A program made the translations under genes and the position numbers. Under the pieces are notes generated by a model. That model saw only the letters and a list, made by a program, of their open reading frames with translations. It was not told the DNA's origin and ran no database searches. 64,000 nucleotides of DNA from Acinetobacter phage Ab1-TPeters: the sequence record PP763253.1. One strand, 5' to 3'. Each line of letters starts with the position of its first letter. Positions within the stretch are counted from its first letter, which is position 1. This document shows positions 8,548 to 18,394 of the stretch, piece after piece.

Positions 8548-9230
8548 TGAACCCAACCAAATTAGTTTCAAAGATTCTCTCCGTATTCCGTTTCGCTGGA
8601 ATACCTATTATTGGCGATCGTTTAAACATTGCTGAGCATTCATATGAAGTTAGTTTATATGCAACTAAACTAGCTCGTCAACTTCTTAAAGATGGTCACA
8701 TTGATGGAGCGAAAGCCCATCTTATTGTTGAACATGCTGTCCTACATGACATACCTGAAACGATGACTGGAGATATTCCTTACCCAGTTAAATCTCAATA
8801 TCCACAGTTAAAAGAAATTTTAGATAAAATCGAGGAAGATATTACCTTTTCTGAGTTGTCAATCTTTCCTATTCATTATGACACTGACGTTTTATTCATT
8901 GTTAAACTATGTGATCTTTTAGCGGTATTCCGTGAAATGTCTGCTGAATTAGATTTAGGAAATTATGAATTGAATGAGGGTTATGTTAAATCTAACTGTC
9001 TAAAAATTTTAGAAACAGCTATTAATAAATATAAGCTAGACACTCCAGCTAAAGTAGCTGCAATGCAAGAGATCGCTTTTGACTTTATGTCACTTAAGAG
9101 TAAAAATGAGTTGAAAGGAATCTTAGTTTCAGCTATTCTCTGTCAGTTAGAATTTAATGGTGTAGATAAAGATGAATATCGAGAGCTTGATCAAAGATTT
9201 ACAGAAGAGTGTAAAGCCTCAGTCTCTTAA
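8548..9230 (+). CDS. HD-domain 5'-deoxynucleotidase (YfbR-like)
   Basis: HSYEVSLYATKLA followed by LHDIPETMTGDIPYPVK closely matches the YfbR metal/substrate motif YHDASEVLTGDLPTPVK. The start is placed after the terminator, at the ATG of MNPTKLVSK. Confidence 0.6.
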
Positions 9231-10176
9231 TGCACGTGTATTTAATGGCCGAGCTAAAGAGTTTGATCCAGCTGAACATGAAGTACTTGGAGAATCAACT
9301 GATCATTATCACTATAACTGTCCTTTCTGTTTAGAAGAAAGAGGTAAGGAAGATGATGATGGTAAGTTCTATTGGAACTTCCAAAAATTTGTAGGTTGGT
9401 GTTTTAAGTGCAAAACTATCGGATTCCTCAAGACAGATAAACCAATTGAGCAAGTTAAGATTGATATGATGCTACAGTCATTTATATCGAATGCTTCAAG
9501 AATTGAGTATGAGCTAATGAGAGAAATCTTTAACTCATCAATTAGCTTTAACTGTCTTGATTTTTCATCTAAGTTGTCTGAAAGAGCTTTAAACTATCTA
9601 GATGAACGTATTCCGTTTTACTCAGAAGTAGCAGAAGCTCTAGGATTTACTGAAGTAAGTGAAACTGGGGTTTTAATTCCAACTTACATTAGAGGTCAAT
9701 GTAAATCATATAACATTCGACTTTATAATCCTACAGGTAAAATGAAGTATTACCTAGCTAAGAATGTTGAGAAGTATCCGTATTCACCAACTCGTGTATT
9801 TGATAAGGCTGGATCAGTTGGCCAAATCACATTAGTAGAGGGAGCATTTGATGCTTTGGGAGCCTACTTCGATGGTTATTCAAACCCAATTGCATTGAAT
9901 GGCTTATCTATAACTCCTATGATTGCCTTTCTACTAAAAACAATTATCCCAGAGTCAGTGGTAATTTATCTGGATGATGAAGAAAAATCTCAGAAGATTA
10001 AGCGAGATATTCGTAGAATATTTCCAACTGTGTCTAGTATAAGGGTTCGGAAAACATGGGGTCAAGATCCTGAAGAAGTATTTAAGTACAAATTAGGAAG
10101 AGCTTCTCCAGAGTATCTACTAGGTGTTTTAGAAAGAATTAATAAACTAAAGGAACTTAATAATGAATCCACGTGA
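9172..10176 (+). CDS. DNA primase (zinc-ribbon + TOPRIM)
   Basis: Zinc-binding motif CPFCLEERGK...CFKCKT. TOPRIM-like motifs LVEGAFDALGAY and IYLDDEE. The 5' end overlaps the preceding gene by 59 nt, so the true start may be downstream or non-canonical. Confidence 0.55.
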   Translation: MNIESLIKDLQKSVKPQSLNARVFNGRAKEFDPAEHEVLGESTDHYHYNCPFCLEERGKEDDDGKFYWNFQKFVGWCFKCKTIGFLKTDKPIEQVKIDMMLQSFISNASRIEYELMREIFNSSISFNCLDFSSKLSERALNYLDERIPFYSEVAEALGFTEVSETGVLIPTYIRGQCKSYNIRLYNPTGKMKYYLAKNVEKYPYSPTRVFDKAGSVGQITLVEGAFDALGAYFDGYSNPIALNGLSITPMIAFLLKTIIPESVVIYLDDEEKSQKIKRDIRRIFPTVSSIRVRKTWGQDPEEVFKYKLGRASPEYLLGVLERINKLKELNNEST

Positions 10177-10894
10177 GGCCATGCTGACCTCGATCTTCAA
10201 CTTTCCTGAGGAGTTTCGAGTAACTTCGAACCCTCGACCTAGAAAGGGGTTGTTCATTGGTAGTATCAATAAATGTGCACGTTATCTTCTAATTGCAATG
10301 AAAGTACCTAAGCAGTTAAATGGTATTAATGTAGTTTACTTAGAAAACGTTCAGATGTCTTCTAACGCTGATTATATCGTTAGCATGGGCAATGAGATTG
10401 AGAATGTCATGAGACGACATTTGAAATATCGTAAAGTGCCAATCCATGCAGATCAAATGCAGATAACTGAACTGGACGGTAAGATCAGAGGATTCCTTGA
10501 CTTCGGTGTTGAAGTTGAAGGAATTGGTATGATTATTATTGATGCCAAGGGAATGAGTGAATCTGTATTTGCTCGATTCACTGCTGCAGCAACTTTGCTG
10601 GATTTCAAAGAAGATTACTTCTATCAGGTTCTTCATTACATCAATTCAGTTAAGCTAGAATATGGCTATATTGTTGGTGTTAATAGATCAACTGGGCAAG
10701 TTGCGGTTAAGGAAGTTTCTCGAGCTAAATACCAAGACTTATATAATAAGTCAATGGAACGTAGCAAGAAAATAATTGTTACTCCTATTGAAGAGTATCA
10801 TACTCTTGAAGCTGCACCAGATAATGAATGTACTCAATGTGAATTCGTATCTGCGTGCCGCCCAGAATTTTACGCCAGTTTAGGTGTAAATTGA
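10163..10894 (+). CDS. PD-(D/E)XK (RecB/Cas4-like) nuclease with C-terminal Cys cluster
   Basis: Core motifs LDFGVEVEG and IIDAKG (D...E.K). The C-terminal CTQCEFVSAC is typical of the Fe-S or Zn cluster in Cas4/AddB-type nucleases. Confidence 0.5.
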   Translation: MNPREAMLTSIFNFPEEFRVTSNPRPRKGLFIGSINKCARYLLIAMKVPKQLNGINVVYLENVQMSSNADYIVSMGNEIENVMRRHLKYRKVPIHADQMQITELDGKIRGFLDFGVEVEGIGMIIIDAKGMSESVFARFTAAATLLDFKEDYFYQVLHYINSVKLEYGYIVGVNRSTGQVAVKEVSRAKYQDLYNKSMERSKKIIVTPIEEYHTLEAAPDNECTQCEFVSACRPEFYASLGVN

Positions 10895-10895
10895 G

Positions 10896-10915
10896 ATCAA
10901 CAGCTGTTTAATTTG
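10896..10915 (+). promoter_or_regulatory. promoter-like motif (palindromic AACAGCTGTT core) upstream of helicase
   Basis: ATCAACAGCTGTTTAATTTG. Confidence 0.35.
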
Positions 10916-10939
10916 AAAGCGTAATATTAAGGTAAAATT

Positions 10940-12625
10940 ATGATTCCTGTGAGTGAATTGCTAGACGAAGTGGTTTCTACTTATTGTCCTGACTTTGTCT
11001 TCCGTCCAAATCAACGTGAATGTGTTATTGCAATTCTAGATAACTTCATTAATAAAGGTCAGAAATTTGTTTTACTTAATTCTGACACTGGTACTGGTAA
11101 ATCTTGGATTGCTTGGTTAGTTGGTATGTGTGTAAACACATTTGAACGAATTAACTCAGCAACTGAGGAGGAAGCTAAGGAAGTAAACAGTTTGTATCTT
11201 ACTAAGACAATCAGTCTTCAGCATCAGTATCACCATGACTTTAAGAATATGAAGTTGCTTAAGTCAGCTTCAAATTACTCGTGTCATACAACTGAATCTT
11301 TGCCGATTAATCCTAAACTCAAAGTTCATGAAAGTTGTATGTTTACAAGAGACTCTGGTCAATGTTTATATTCTCGAGCTAAAAGTGACTTTAATCGTTC
11401 AGATATGAGACTTCTCAATTATGCTTATTTCCTAGCTTTCCAGCGTAATTCAATTAGTCCTATGTCAAGTACACTGCTGGTAGTGGATGAAGCACACACT
11501 CTTCCGTCTTACTTAATCGATTTTAGTTCAATTGAACTAAACTTTGATATTCTGTCAAAACATGCTGCAATGACTAAAGATGTCAAAGATTATTTCCCTC
11601 TTGGACATTTTCACCGTAGCGATTTTCTTCAAACAGAAGACTTGAAGAAAATTCTGGATTACTGTTTTGATGCTTCATCTGATTTAGATGAGAGAATCAT
11701 GTCAGTTATGGATGAGATGGAAGGAGCTTCTGGTCATTCAGTAGCTGAGTTGATTGAAAGATCTCTTAAACCTTTAAATGCAGCTTCAAACTATTTCACT
11801 GATCTTGGTGGTAAACTTTACCTTATGCTAAACTCAACTAACCCTGATAACTGGGTTCAAGAGAAATGTACAGTAGAGCTCCAGACTAAGACTAATGAAA
11901 TCTTTGAATTTAAATCGCTTGAAGTTGATTCTACCATGCTTAACATTATTCATGAGAACTCAAAATATGTTCTTTTGATGTCAGGTACTTGTGGTCGTTT
12001 AATCAAAGACTTAAATATCGGTGAAGATAACGTAGCTGTCATGTCTAGTCCTTATGTATTCCCAATTGAGAATCGTCCATTCATCTCGATGTCTGACTTG
12101 CCTCCATTGAACTATAGCACTCGAGATACAGTTATTCCAAACTACTTGAAGCGTATTGATGAACTTCTGGACATGATGCCAGATGACTCAGGCTTAATTC
12201 ACTCAGTAAGCTACACGAATGCCAACTATATAAAAGAGAATAGCCGACATAAGAATCGAATTTACATTCCTAATAAGGAAGAACTTCGAGATATTAAGTC
12301 AGTTGTTCAGAAAGGACGAGTTCTTATCTCTCCAGCTATGATTGAAGGTATTGACCTTAAAGGCGATGCTGCTAACTTCCAAATCTTCATTAAAGTTCCA
12401 TATCCTTCACTTGGGTCTAAATGGATGAAGAAGAAAGTTAAAATGGATCAAGACTGGTACAATTTTGAAACTTTAGTCTCAATTCAACAAGGATCAGGTC
12501 GTGCTATTCGTTGTGCTGAAGACGTTGCAGTAACGTTTATGCTAGATCCAGCTTTCCGTTCACTTTACCAGAAAACCAAACAGTATATCCCTAGTTGGTT
12601 TGATAAAACTATTGTATGGAATTAA
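10940..12625 (+). CDS. SF2 DNA helicase (DEAH-box, Rad3/DinG-like)
   Basis: Walker A LNSDTGTGKSW. DEAH box VVDEAHTL. Motif VI QGSGRAIR. The protein is 561 aa. Confidence 0.6.
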   Translation: MIPVSELLDEVVSTYCPDFVFRPNQRECVIAILDNFINKGQKFVLLNSDTGTGKSWIAWLVGMCVNTFERINSATEEEAKEVNSLYLTKTISLQHQYHHDFKNMKLLKSASNYSCHTTESLPINPKLKVHESCMFTRDSGQCLYSRAKSDFNRSDMRLLNYAYFLAFQRNSISPMSSTLLVVDEAHTLPSYLIDFSSIELNFDILSKHAAMTKDVKDYFPLGHFHRSDFLQTEDLKKILDYCFDASSDLDERIMSVMDEMEGASGHSVAELIERSLKPLNAASNYFTDLGGKLYLMLNSTNPDNWVQEKCTVELQTKTNEIFEFKSLEVDSTMLNIIHENSKYVLLMSGTCGRLIKDLNIGEDNVAVMSSPYVFPIENRPFISMSDLPPLNYSTRDTVIPNYLKRIDELLDMMPDDSGLIHSVSYTNANYIKENSRHKNRIYIPNKEELRDIKSVVQKGRVLISPAMIEGIDLKGDAANFQIFIKVPYPSLGSKWMKKKVKMDQDWYNFETLVSIQQGSGRAIRCAEDVAVTFMLDPAFRSLYQKTKQYIPSWFDKTIVWN

Positions 12626-12626
12626 A

Positions 12627-12992
12627 ATGATTCATCATAACTTAACGATTCTTGAGGGAGCGATTATTAAAGTAGAGCAGTGTTTTAGTAACACTGTCTC
12701 TCTTTCTCAAGAAAACAAATCAAATCCTATCTTACGTAAGATTAACCTTAATAGAAATGGATTTATTCTAACTCCTAAAACTACAGTGCATATTCAAGTT
12801 GGATTTGATTATGACTACTGTGCTTACCATTTAAATGATGTGAAGCCATCTAAAGCAGTTCGTGAAAGTAATTTAATTTTAAATAATTTTTACGTAGATG
12901 AAGGAAAGACGTTTGTAACTGTAACTAATATGAATTCTTCTAATTCTGTGAGACTAGAACCTGGTGAGGTTTTAGGCTCTATAATGATGTAA
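12627..12992 (+). CDS. hypothetical protein
   Basis: The track ORF is 12600..12992. The ATG at 12627 follows the upstream TAA by 1 nt. Confidence 0.4.
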   Translation: MIHHNLTILEGAIIKVEQCFSNTVSLSQENKSNPILRKINLNRNGFILTPKTTVHIQVGFDYDYCAYHLNDVKPSKAVRESNLILNNFYVDEGKTFVTVTNMNSSNSVRLEPGEVLGSIMM

Positions 12993-13020
12993 AAAGCTGT
13001 TTAATAAAAGAAGTGTAAGG
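12991..13020 (+). promoter_or_regulatory. promoter-like motif upstream of DNA polymerase
   Basis: AAAAAGCTGTTTAATAAAAGAAGTGTAAGG. Confidence 0.4.
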
Positions 13021-13028
13021 AAAACGTA

Positions 13029-16000
13029 ATGACCAAATTTTTGACTGACTTGACTTTACAAGATCAGGCTGTTTTTATTCTGTTATCTCAAACCAACAAC
13101 TCAAGAGCATTTGAGAATGGTTATGCTGCTGACTTCTTAAATTTTGTTACTATTAACTCTCCTCATCGAATTGGTTATGTTGAAATTACCAATGAAAATG
13201 AAGAGCATGTTCTTAATCAAGAAGAAATTTCTAAGTTGAAAGATTTAGTTGGAAACCGTAAGGTTATTCTTTTAGGTAAGAACACAGTAAAAGCAATTGC
13301 TGGTGAGTTGATTAACAACCGAGTTCGTTATTTATCTTTGTTGGATATGTCATACTTGACTTGTGCTAACTTAGGTAAAGTAGCGATTTGTGGTCACCCA
13401 ATGTCTTACAAAGACGTCTTTAAAGGAAATGTTGATGCTCAACAGAAACTTATTCTACGTGTTGATGAGTTAATTCAGCCACGTGCTAAAGAATATGAAG
13501 TTGAAATTGTAGCTCCCTCACTGGACGATCTTGAAGACATCTTAAATCTATGTGCCAATCAACCAGCCATTGGTTACGACATTGAAGCAAACGATTTAGA
13601 TATTTGGGCAGCTCACTGGGAAAAGAACTTATTTAGTCTGTCAGTGTTCGAATCAGAATCTAAACTTATGTCATTCTGGTTTAACTGGCGTGAATTTACT
13701 TCGGATCATAAGAGATTATTTGAAAATTTCTTAGATAAGAATCAGTCTAAAATTTGGACTTACAACTGTACATATGAAATCCAAGCAGCTTGGAGAGTCT
13801 TCGGTAAACGTTACTTATTTCAAGATGCTTTGATCTTAACTACTATGGATGCTAACCGTGGTGATCTTAAGACTAACGCTCGTAAGTATTTGAAATGTGA
13901 TTTCTGGGAAGATGAGCTAGCGAGTATTCGTGATGTTTATGAAGCCTTTTTCAAATTATTCTTAGATAAAGGTAAAAAGAATTCAATACATGATGAGTTC
14001 AAAGCTTTTGTTAAATCAGATCAATTCCAGAATTTAGATAATCTTCGTGAGTTTCTGATTTCTAAGGGTAGAAAACCAGAATGGATGAATGATATTAATG
14101 ATTTAGCAGTTGCTTTAGGTGAAGATGAAGTAGTCAAAGGTATCTCTGAATTTCCATATCAGTGGTCAGCAGTTCCATTCGACATTTTAGGTAAATACTG
14201 TTGTTACGATTCAGCTTACACTCTGCCAATTGCAGCTAAACTGTACGGTAAGTATGAGAAAGGATATAAACATTACATCAAACACCCTTGGTTAGCTTGT
14301 ATCTTTGAAGCATGGGGATGTGGTTGGGATGAATCTAAAGCTAAGGAAGTTGAGAAAGATTATTTACGTTTGATGAATGAATCTCTAAGTGAATTGATCT
14401 TAAATCTTCAACCTAAGTTAGGTCTTCGAGCTCTAGATGTTAAACCGATTCTTCAGTGGAAATTACCACATGAGGCTACTTCATACACAGCTACAGGTAA
14501 AGAACGTAAACATAAGGTGTTGTCTGAGTACGATCGTCATGGTTGGATTAAAGGTATTTACAATCCTGGTTCAAACACGGCTGATGCTCGAGCTGTATTC
14601 TGGGATGTTTACTTAACAGAACGAGTTGAGTTAGCAACATTTGCATATACTCTTGTCAATGATCTTCGATTCAGAGGAATCTGGGAGAAGTTACTGATTA
14701 AGATGATTGAAATGACAGAGTTCAAGTCTAAAGATGAAAGTAAGACTGAGAACGAATTCTTAACTGAATATGGTGCAGCTCAAGTTCTTGAAATGTTGTC
14801 AGTATTCTTAGAAAATCCAAATTTAACTGATCGTGAGACAGTTAAGATCTTGGCTTCTAGTTTCACTGAGACGAATAAGACCTATAAAGACAATACTGGA
14901 CGTAACGCTAAAGAAGTAATGGCAGCTCAGTATGAGATTCAATGTCAATTCTTTGGTGTTGACATTGATGATGAATCTACTTGGACTCCTGAATTCAAGA
15001 TTCTATTCTTACTTCAGAAATATAAGAAAGTAGCGAAAGCTCTGTCTACTTATGTTAATGGTAAGTTAGGTCGAGGATGTGTATGGTTGTCTAAAGTATT
15101 TCCAGATCGTCCTCCAGTTCGATTGAAACCTTATCATGAGGTTGAGGAAGGATATAAACTTAAACTTGATGAGAAGTTAATTGCATTCTATGACTTTAAT
15201 AGTTTGTCTGCATCAACTCACCGTTGGGGATCTGGATTCCATACTATTAGCCCAGGTGTAGCTATCCGCAGTGCTTTAGTTCCGTACTACAGCAATCAGA
15301 TCTGGACTCATATTGACTTTAGTCAGGCTGAGTTGGTGATGTTGGCATTCTTCAGTCAAGACCCTAACATGATTAAAGTATTCATGGAAGGTGGAGATAT
15401 GCACAGATATGTAGCTAGTCTAGTGTATCAGAAGAAGCCTGAGGATGTTACTTCAGAAGAACGTCGTGTAGCTAAGACAGTATCATTTGGTATTGTTTAC
15501 GGTAAGGGTATTGAGAACTTAGCTCTAGAAATCACTGGAGGTGATGTTCCTCGTGCTCAAGCAATTTTCGATGCTTTCTTCGTGTCATTCCCTGGAATCA
15601 AGAAATGGATGGATGAGCGTAAGACTCAAGGTCGTGAAACAGGTAAGGTGACTAATCTGTTTGGTGCATTGATTGAGGTGGAAGATGGCTTCAGTAAAGG
15701 TAACGCTATTGATCGTCACTCAGTAAACTACCCAATCCAGTCTTCATCTTCAATGGTTGCTGGTGGTTCAATGTACGACTTGTGTTCTACAGTTGACCAA
15801 CAAGGAATCTTTGGAACTGGAGTTGGATTCGTGCACGATGCATTAGATCATACAGTTGATATCGACAATCTGGTTAACTTCTTAGTTTATTCTAAGAAAG
15901 TGATGCAGGATCAAGTTTATGAAGAACTTGGTACTCCGATGAAGATTGACCAAGAGATTGGTGCGACAGCTCTAGACTTATGTGAGCTGAAGAGCTTCAC

Positions 16001-16238
16001 TGAACTTGAAAATGGTTTAGAAATCATTCTCGGAGGTGACGAAGAGGCTGTAAATAAACTGGTTGACAAGTTTAGAGTAGAGAGTGCTAAGTACGTTATT
16101 GACAACACTGAAATCATTGACAGTTCAGACTCATATACATCTTGGGAAGGATTGTTTACTGAGAAAGGTGCATATAGTTCAGATCGTGGTCAAACGTTAA
16201 AGAAAGTTAAGACTAAAGTGACTCTTCGCTATAGTTAA
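13029..16238 (+). CDS. family A DNA polymerase with 3'-5' exonuclease domain
   Basis: Exo I IGYDIEANDL. Motif A DFSQAELVMLA. Motif B RRVAKTVSFGIVYG. Motif C VHDAL. The protein is 1069 aa. Confidence 0.85.
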   Translation: MTKFLTDLTLQDQAVFILLSQTNNSRAFENGYAADFLNFVTINSPHRIGYVEITNENEEHVLNQEEISKLKDLVGNRKVILLGKNTVKAIAGELINNRVRYLSLLDMSYLTCANLGKVAICGHPMSYKDVFKGNVDAQQKLILRVDELIQPRAKEYEVEIVAPSLDDLEDILNLCANQPAIGYDIEANDLDIWAAHWEKNLFSLSVFESESKLMSFWFNWREFTSDHKRLFENFLDKNQSKIWTYNCTYEIQAAWRVFGKRYLFQDALILTTMDANRGDLKTNARKYLKCDFWEDELASIRDVYEAFFKLFLDKGKKNSIHDEFKAFVKSDQFQNLDNLREFLISKGRKPEWMNDINDLAVALGEDEVVKGISEFPYQWSAVPFDILGKYCCYDSAYTLPIAAKLYGKYEKGYKHYIKHPWLACIFEAWGCGWDESKAKEVEKDYLRLMNESLSELILNLQPKLGLRALDVKPILQWKLPHEATSYTATGKERKHKVLSEYDRHGWIKGIYNPGSNTADARAVFWDVYLTERVELATFAYTLVNDLRFRGIWEKLLIKMIEMTEFKSKDESKTENEFLTEYGAAQVLEMLSVFLENPNLTDRETVKILASSFTETNKTYKDNTGRNAKEVMAAQYEIQCQFFGVDIDDESTWTPEFKILFLLQKYKKVAKALSTYVNGKLGRGCVWLSKVFPDRPPVRLKPYHEVEEGYKLKLDEKLIAFYDFNSLSASTHRWGSGFHTISPGVAIRSALVPYYSNQIWTHIDFSQAELVMLAFFSQDPNMIKVFMEGGDMHRYVASLVYQKKPEDVTSEERRVAKTVSFGIVYGKGIENLALEITGGDVPRAQAIFDAFFVSFPGIKKWMDERKTQGRETGKVTNLFGALIEVEDGFSKGNAIDRHSVNYPIQSSSSMVAGGSMYDLCSTVDQQGIFGTGVGFVHDALDHTVDIDNLVNFLVYSKKVMQDQVYEELGTPMKIDQEIGATALDLCELKSFTELENGLEIILGGDEEAVNKLVDKFRVESAKYVIDNTEIIDSSDSYTSWEGLFTEKGAYSSDRGQTLKKVKTKVTLRYS

Positions 16239-16243
16239 TTAAG

Positions 16244-16271
16244 ATTGGGATTCTTCGGAATCCCGATTTTT
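16244..16271 (+). terminator. rho-independent terminator
   Basis: ATTGGGATTC pairs with GAATCCCGAT around the TTCG tetraloop; TTTTT follows. Confidence 0.6.
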
Positions 16272-16299
16272 AGGGCAGTTTGAAACTCGCAAATGAGTC

Positions 16300-16434
16300 T
16301 AAAAGCTGTTTCTTAGAAAGTGTTGAAGCCTGTTCTTTTTACAGGGCTTTGGCACTTTAGGTGCAGGATAAAGTAGGGGAAACAGCTGTTTTCCTGTCTC
16401 TTAAAAGTTGCTAAAACCTGTTTCGTTGTAGGGG
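16300..16434 (+). promoter_or_regulatory. tandem promoter-like elements in the 250-nt gap before the gene upstream of beta-prime
   Basis: AAAAGCTGTTTCTTAGAAAGTGTTGAAGCCTGTTC at 16300-16340. Then GGAAACAGCTGTTTTCC, a perfect 7-bp stem with AGCT loop, followed by TGTCTCTTAAAAGTTGCTAAAACCTGTTTCGTTGTAGGGG at 16376-16434. Confidence 0.45.
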
Positions 16435-16492
16435 TTATATTTTCTTTTATGATCTTGCTATTGTGTTCTTAATTTTTGTTCGGGTATTTGTA

Positions 16493-17074
16493 ATGTCTTC
16501 AGAAAGGCAATCTACTTTAGCTCTATCCTTAAATGAGTTAGAGTTTATTAATCCAGATGCATACTTAAATGCGTCTAATTCCACCTCCTTACGGGATTTC
16601 GATTATTGGCATTCGCGTGCAACTAACAACGCGAGCTATACCGAGAACCTTATTCAGGAGGAGTATCGTCGTCAGTATCCGAATTACGATCGCGTAACTC
16701 AGATGCATTCCTCGTCAACTGAGGTAACACCTGGAATGAACGGGGGTTCAGTCCAGAGTTTAATTTCAAGTGCAATACCTGAAATTGATCCTCAGAAAGA
16801 GTCAGAGTTTTTGATTCTAGTTCAATCTATCTTGAATAGGTTTGATTTCTTCGAAAATGAGCAGAAATTGAATCTTATTAAGGTATTTGGTTTTACTATC
16901 AATGCCGCTGGCTTATCGACACATCATCCAGACCTAGTTGAGCATGTCTCTCACTTTAGAGAAATTAAGTTTCCTAATATAGCTGATTTACATCGGTATG
17001 TTGGATCACGAACTAAAGCAGATGAAGCACGTAAACTTTTCAAAAACATTGCAGCAGAATATTTCTTAGGGTAA
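16493..17074 (+). CDS. hypothetical protein immediately upstream of RNAP beta-prime fragment
   Basis: The track ORF starts at the GTG at 16463; the ATG at 16493 is more plausible. Only 6 nt separate it from the beta-prime gene. No recognisable motif. Confidence 0.4.
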   Translation: MSSERQSTLALSLNELEFINPDAYLNASNSTSLRDFDYWHSRATNNASYTENLIQEEYRRQYPNYDRVTQMHSSSTEVTPGMNGGSVQSLISSAIPEIDPQKESEFLILVQSILNRFDFFENEQKLNLIKVFGFTINAAGLSTHHPDLVEHVSHFREIKFPNIADLHRYVGSRTKADEARKLFKNIAAEYFLG

Positions 17075-17080
17075 TTAATA

Positions 17081-18394
17081 ATGAATAACCGTATCAACCT
17101 AGTATTAAGCGTAGCTCGTGATTCAGACATCCGCAAGACTACCAATGGGGAAGTAACTAACATCGGTTTATATAATTTTAGATTCAAAGAGCCTGTTCCA
17201 TTTGAGGGTGGATTATTCTGTCAAAAGATTTTTGGGCCAATCAAAGACTACACTTGTGCATGCGGTGCACGTAAAGGTGGTAAGACAGTTGATGGTAAAG
17301 CACCATCTTGCGAGATCTGTGGGGTAGATCTAGTGAAGTCTGAGGTTCGTTCAAAACGTGAAGGTTATATTGATGCGAAAGTACATTATGTAAATGCATA
17401 TGCAATGCCACTCTTGGGTGCAATTCTTCAAATTGGTGAGGGTAATATTGAAGGAATATGCAATGGTACTATGTATTTCCGTTTTAAAGAATCAATGAAC
17501 GGTCTTCGTTCAATGTCTGGTAAGTTTTATTCAATTGAGCTATCAAAAGAAGACAAGACTTGGGGTACTTCTGCTGAGGAGCTCCTGGATGCAATTCAAG
17601 ATCTTGATTTGGATTCTGCTTACATTATGAAGAACTGCAATAGCCGAGACGTGAATCGCTATCACGATAAGGGTTACACTATTTCAGACTTCTTCTGCTC
17701 TCACGTGCGAGTGTCCCCTCCACGTACTCGTGATATGTCCGTAGTAAATAAGGATATATCATTTCACCCAGTAAACAACATCTACGCTCGTATCGTTCGA
17801 ATTGGAGCACGAGTAGCAACTTTAACCAACCAGATTCTGGAATATGATGGTGAGTTAAACTTAGAGCAATTAAAACAAGTGATTCGTGGTGAATCAATTG
17901 TGCTCCAAGCGCTAATTGATGCCTTGTTGTTTAAAGGAGCTACAGATTACCGTGGAAATGAGATTCCATCAGTTATCTCTTCACTTGGAGGTAAGGAAGG
18001 TATCGTCCGTGGTAACTTACTGGGTAAACGAGTTGACTTCTCTGGTCGATCTGTGATCATTTCCGGACCTGAACTTCCGTTAGATACAATCGGTGTTCCT
18101 TGGAAAATGATGTATGAGTTGCTTAAGCCGTTTATTCTGAATAAGCTAATTGAGCATCTTGAGGATCTTGATGGTATTTTAACCAGCCAGACTTTGAAGA
18201 AAGCTCGAACTATGTATGCTAACAAGAGCACAGAAGCAATGATGTTTATGCGAGAGTTAGCAGACAGACACTGGGCATTCTTGAATCGTGCACCGTCACT
18301 TCACAGATACTCAGTAATGGCGTTCAAAATACAGCTTCACAGTGGTAAAGCAATTAAGCTGCCACCTATGCTTTGTTCACCATTCAACGCGGAT
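17081..18394 (+). CDS. multisubunit RNA polymerase beta-prime N-terminal segment, exon 1
   Basis: Colinear with bacterial RpoC residues ~1-460. The Zn ribbon is YTCACGARKGGK...CEICGV. Other matches are NLLGKRVDFSGRSVI, LNRAPSLHR and PMLCSPFNAD. The reading frame stops right after NAD, inside the NADFDGDQM motif. Confidence 0.8.

Noticed and set aside
9172-9230. 59-nt overlap between the HD nucleotidase and primase genes as a sign of a frameshift or pseudogene
   Set aside because: Both frames are intact with full domain complements. The primase may start at a non-ATG codon downstream. There is no evidence for gene decay.
13029-16238. Intein or intron in the long (1069 aa) family A DNA polymerase
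   Set aside because: The reading frame is continuous and the exo and polymerase motifs are normally spaced. No intein blocks (the Ser/Cys...His-Asn termini) are recognisable.
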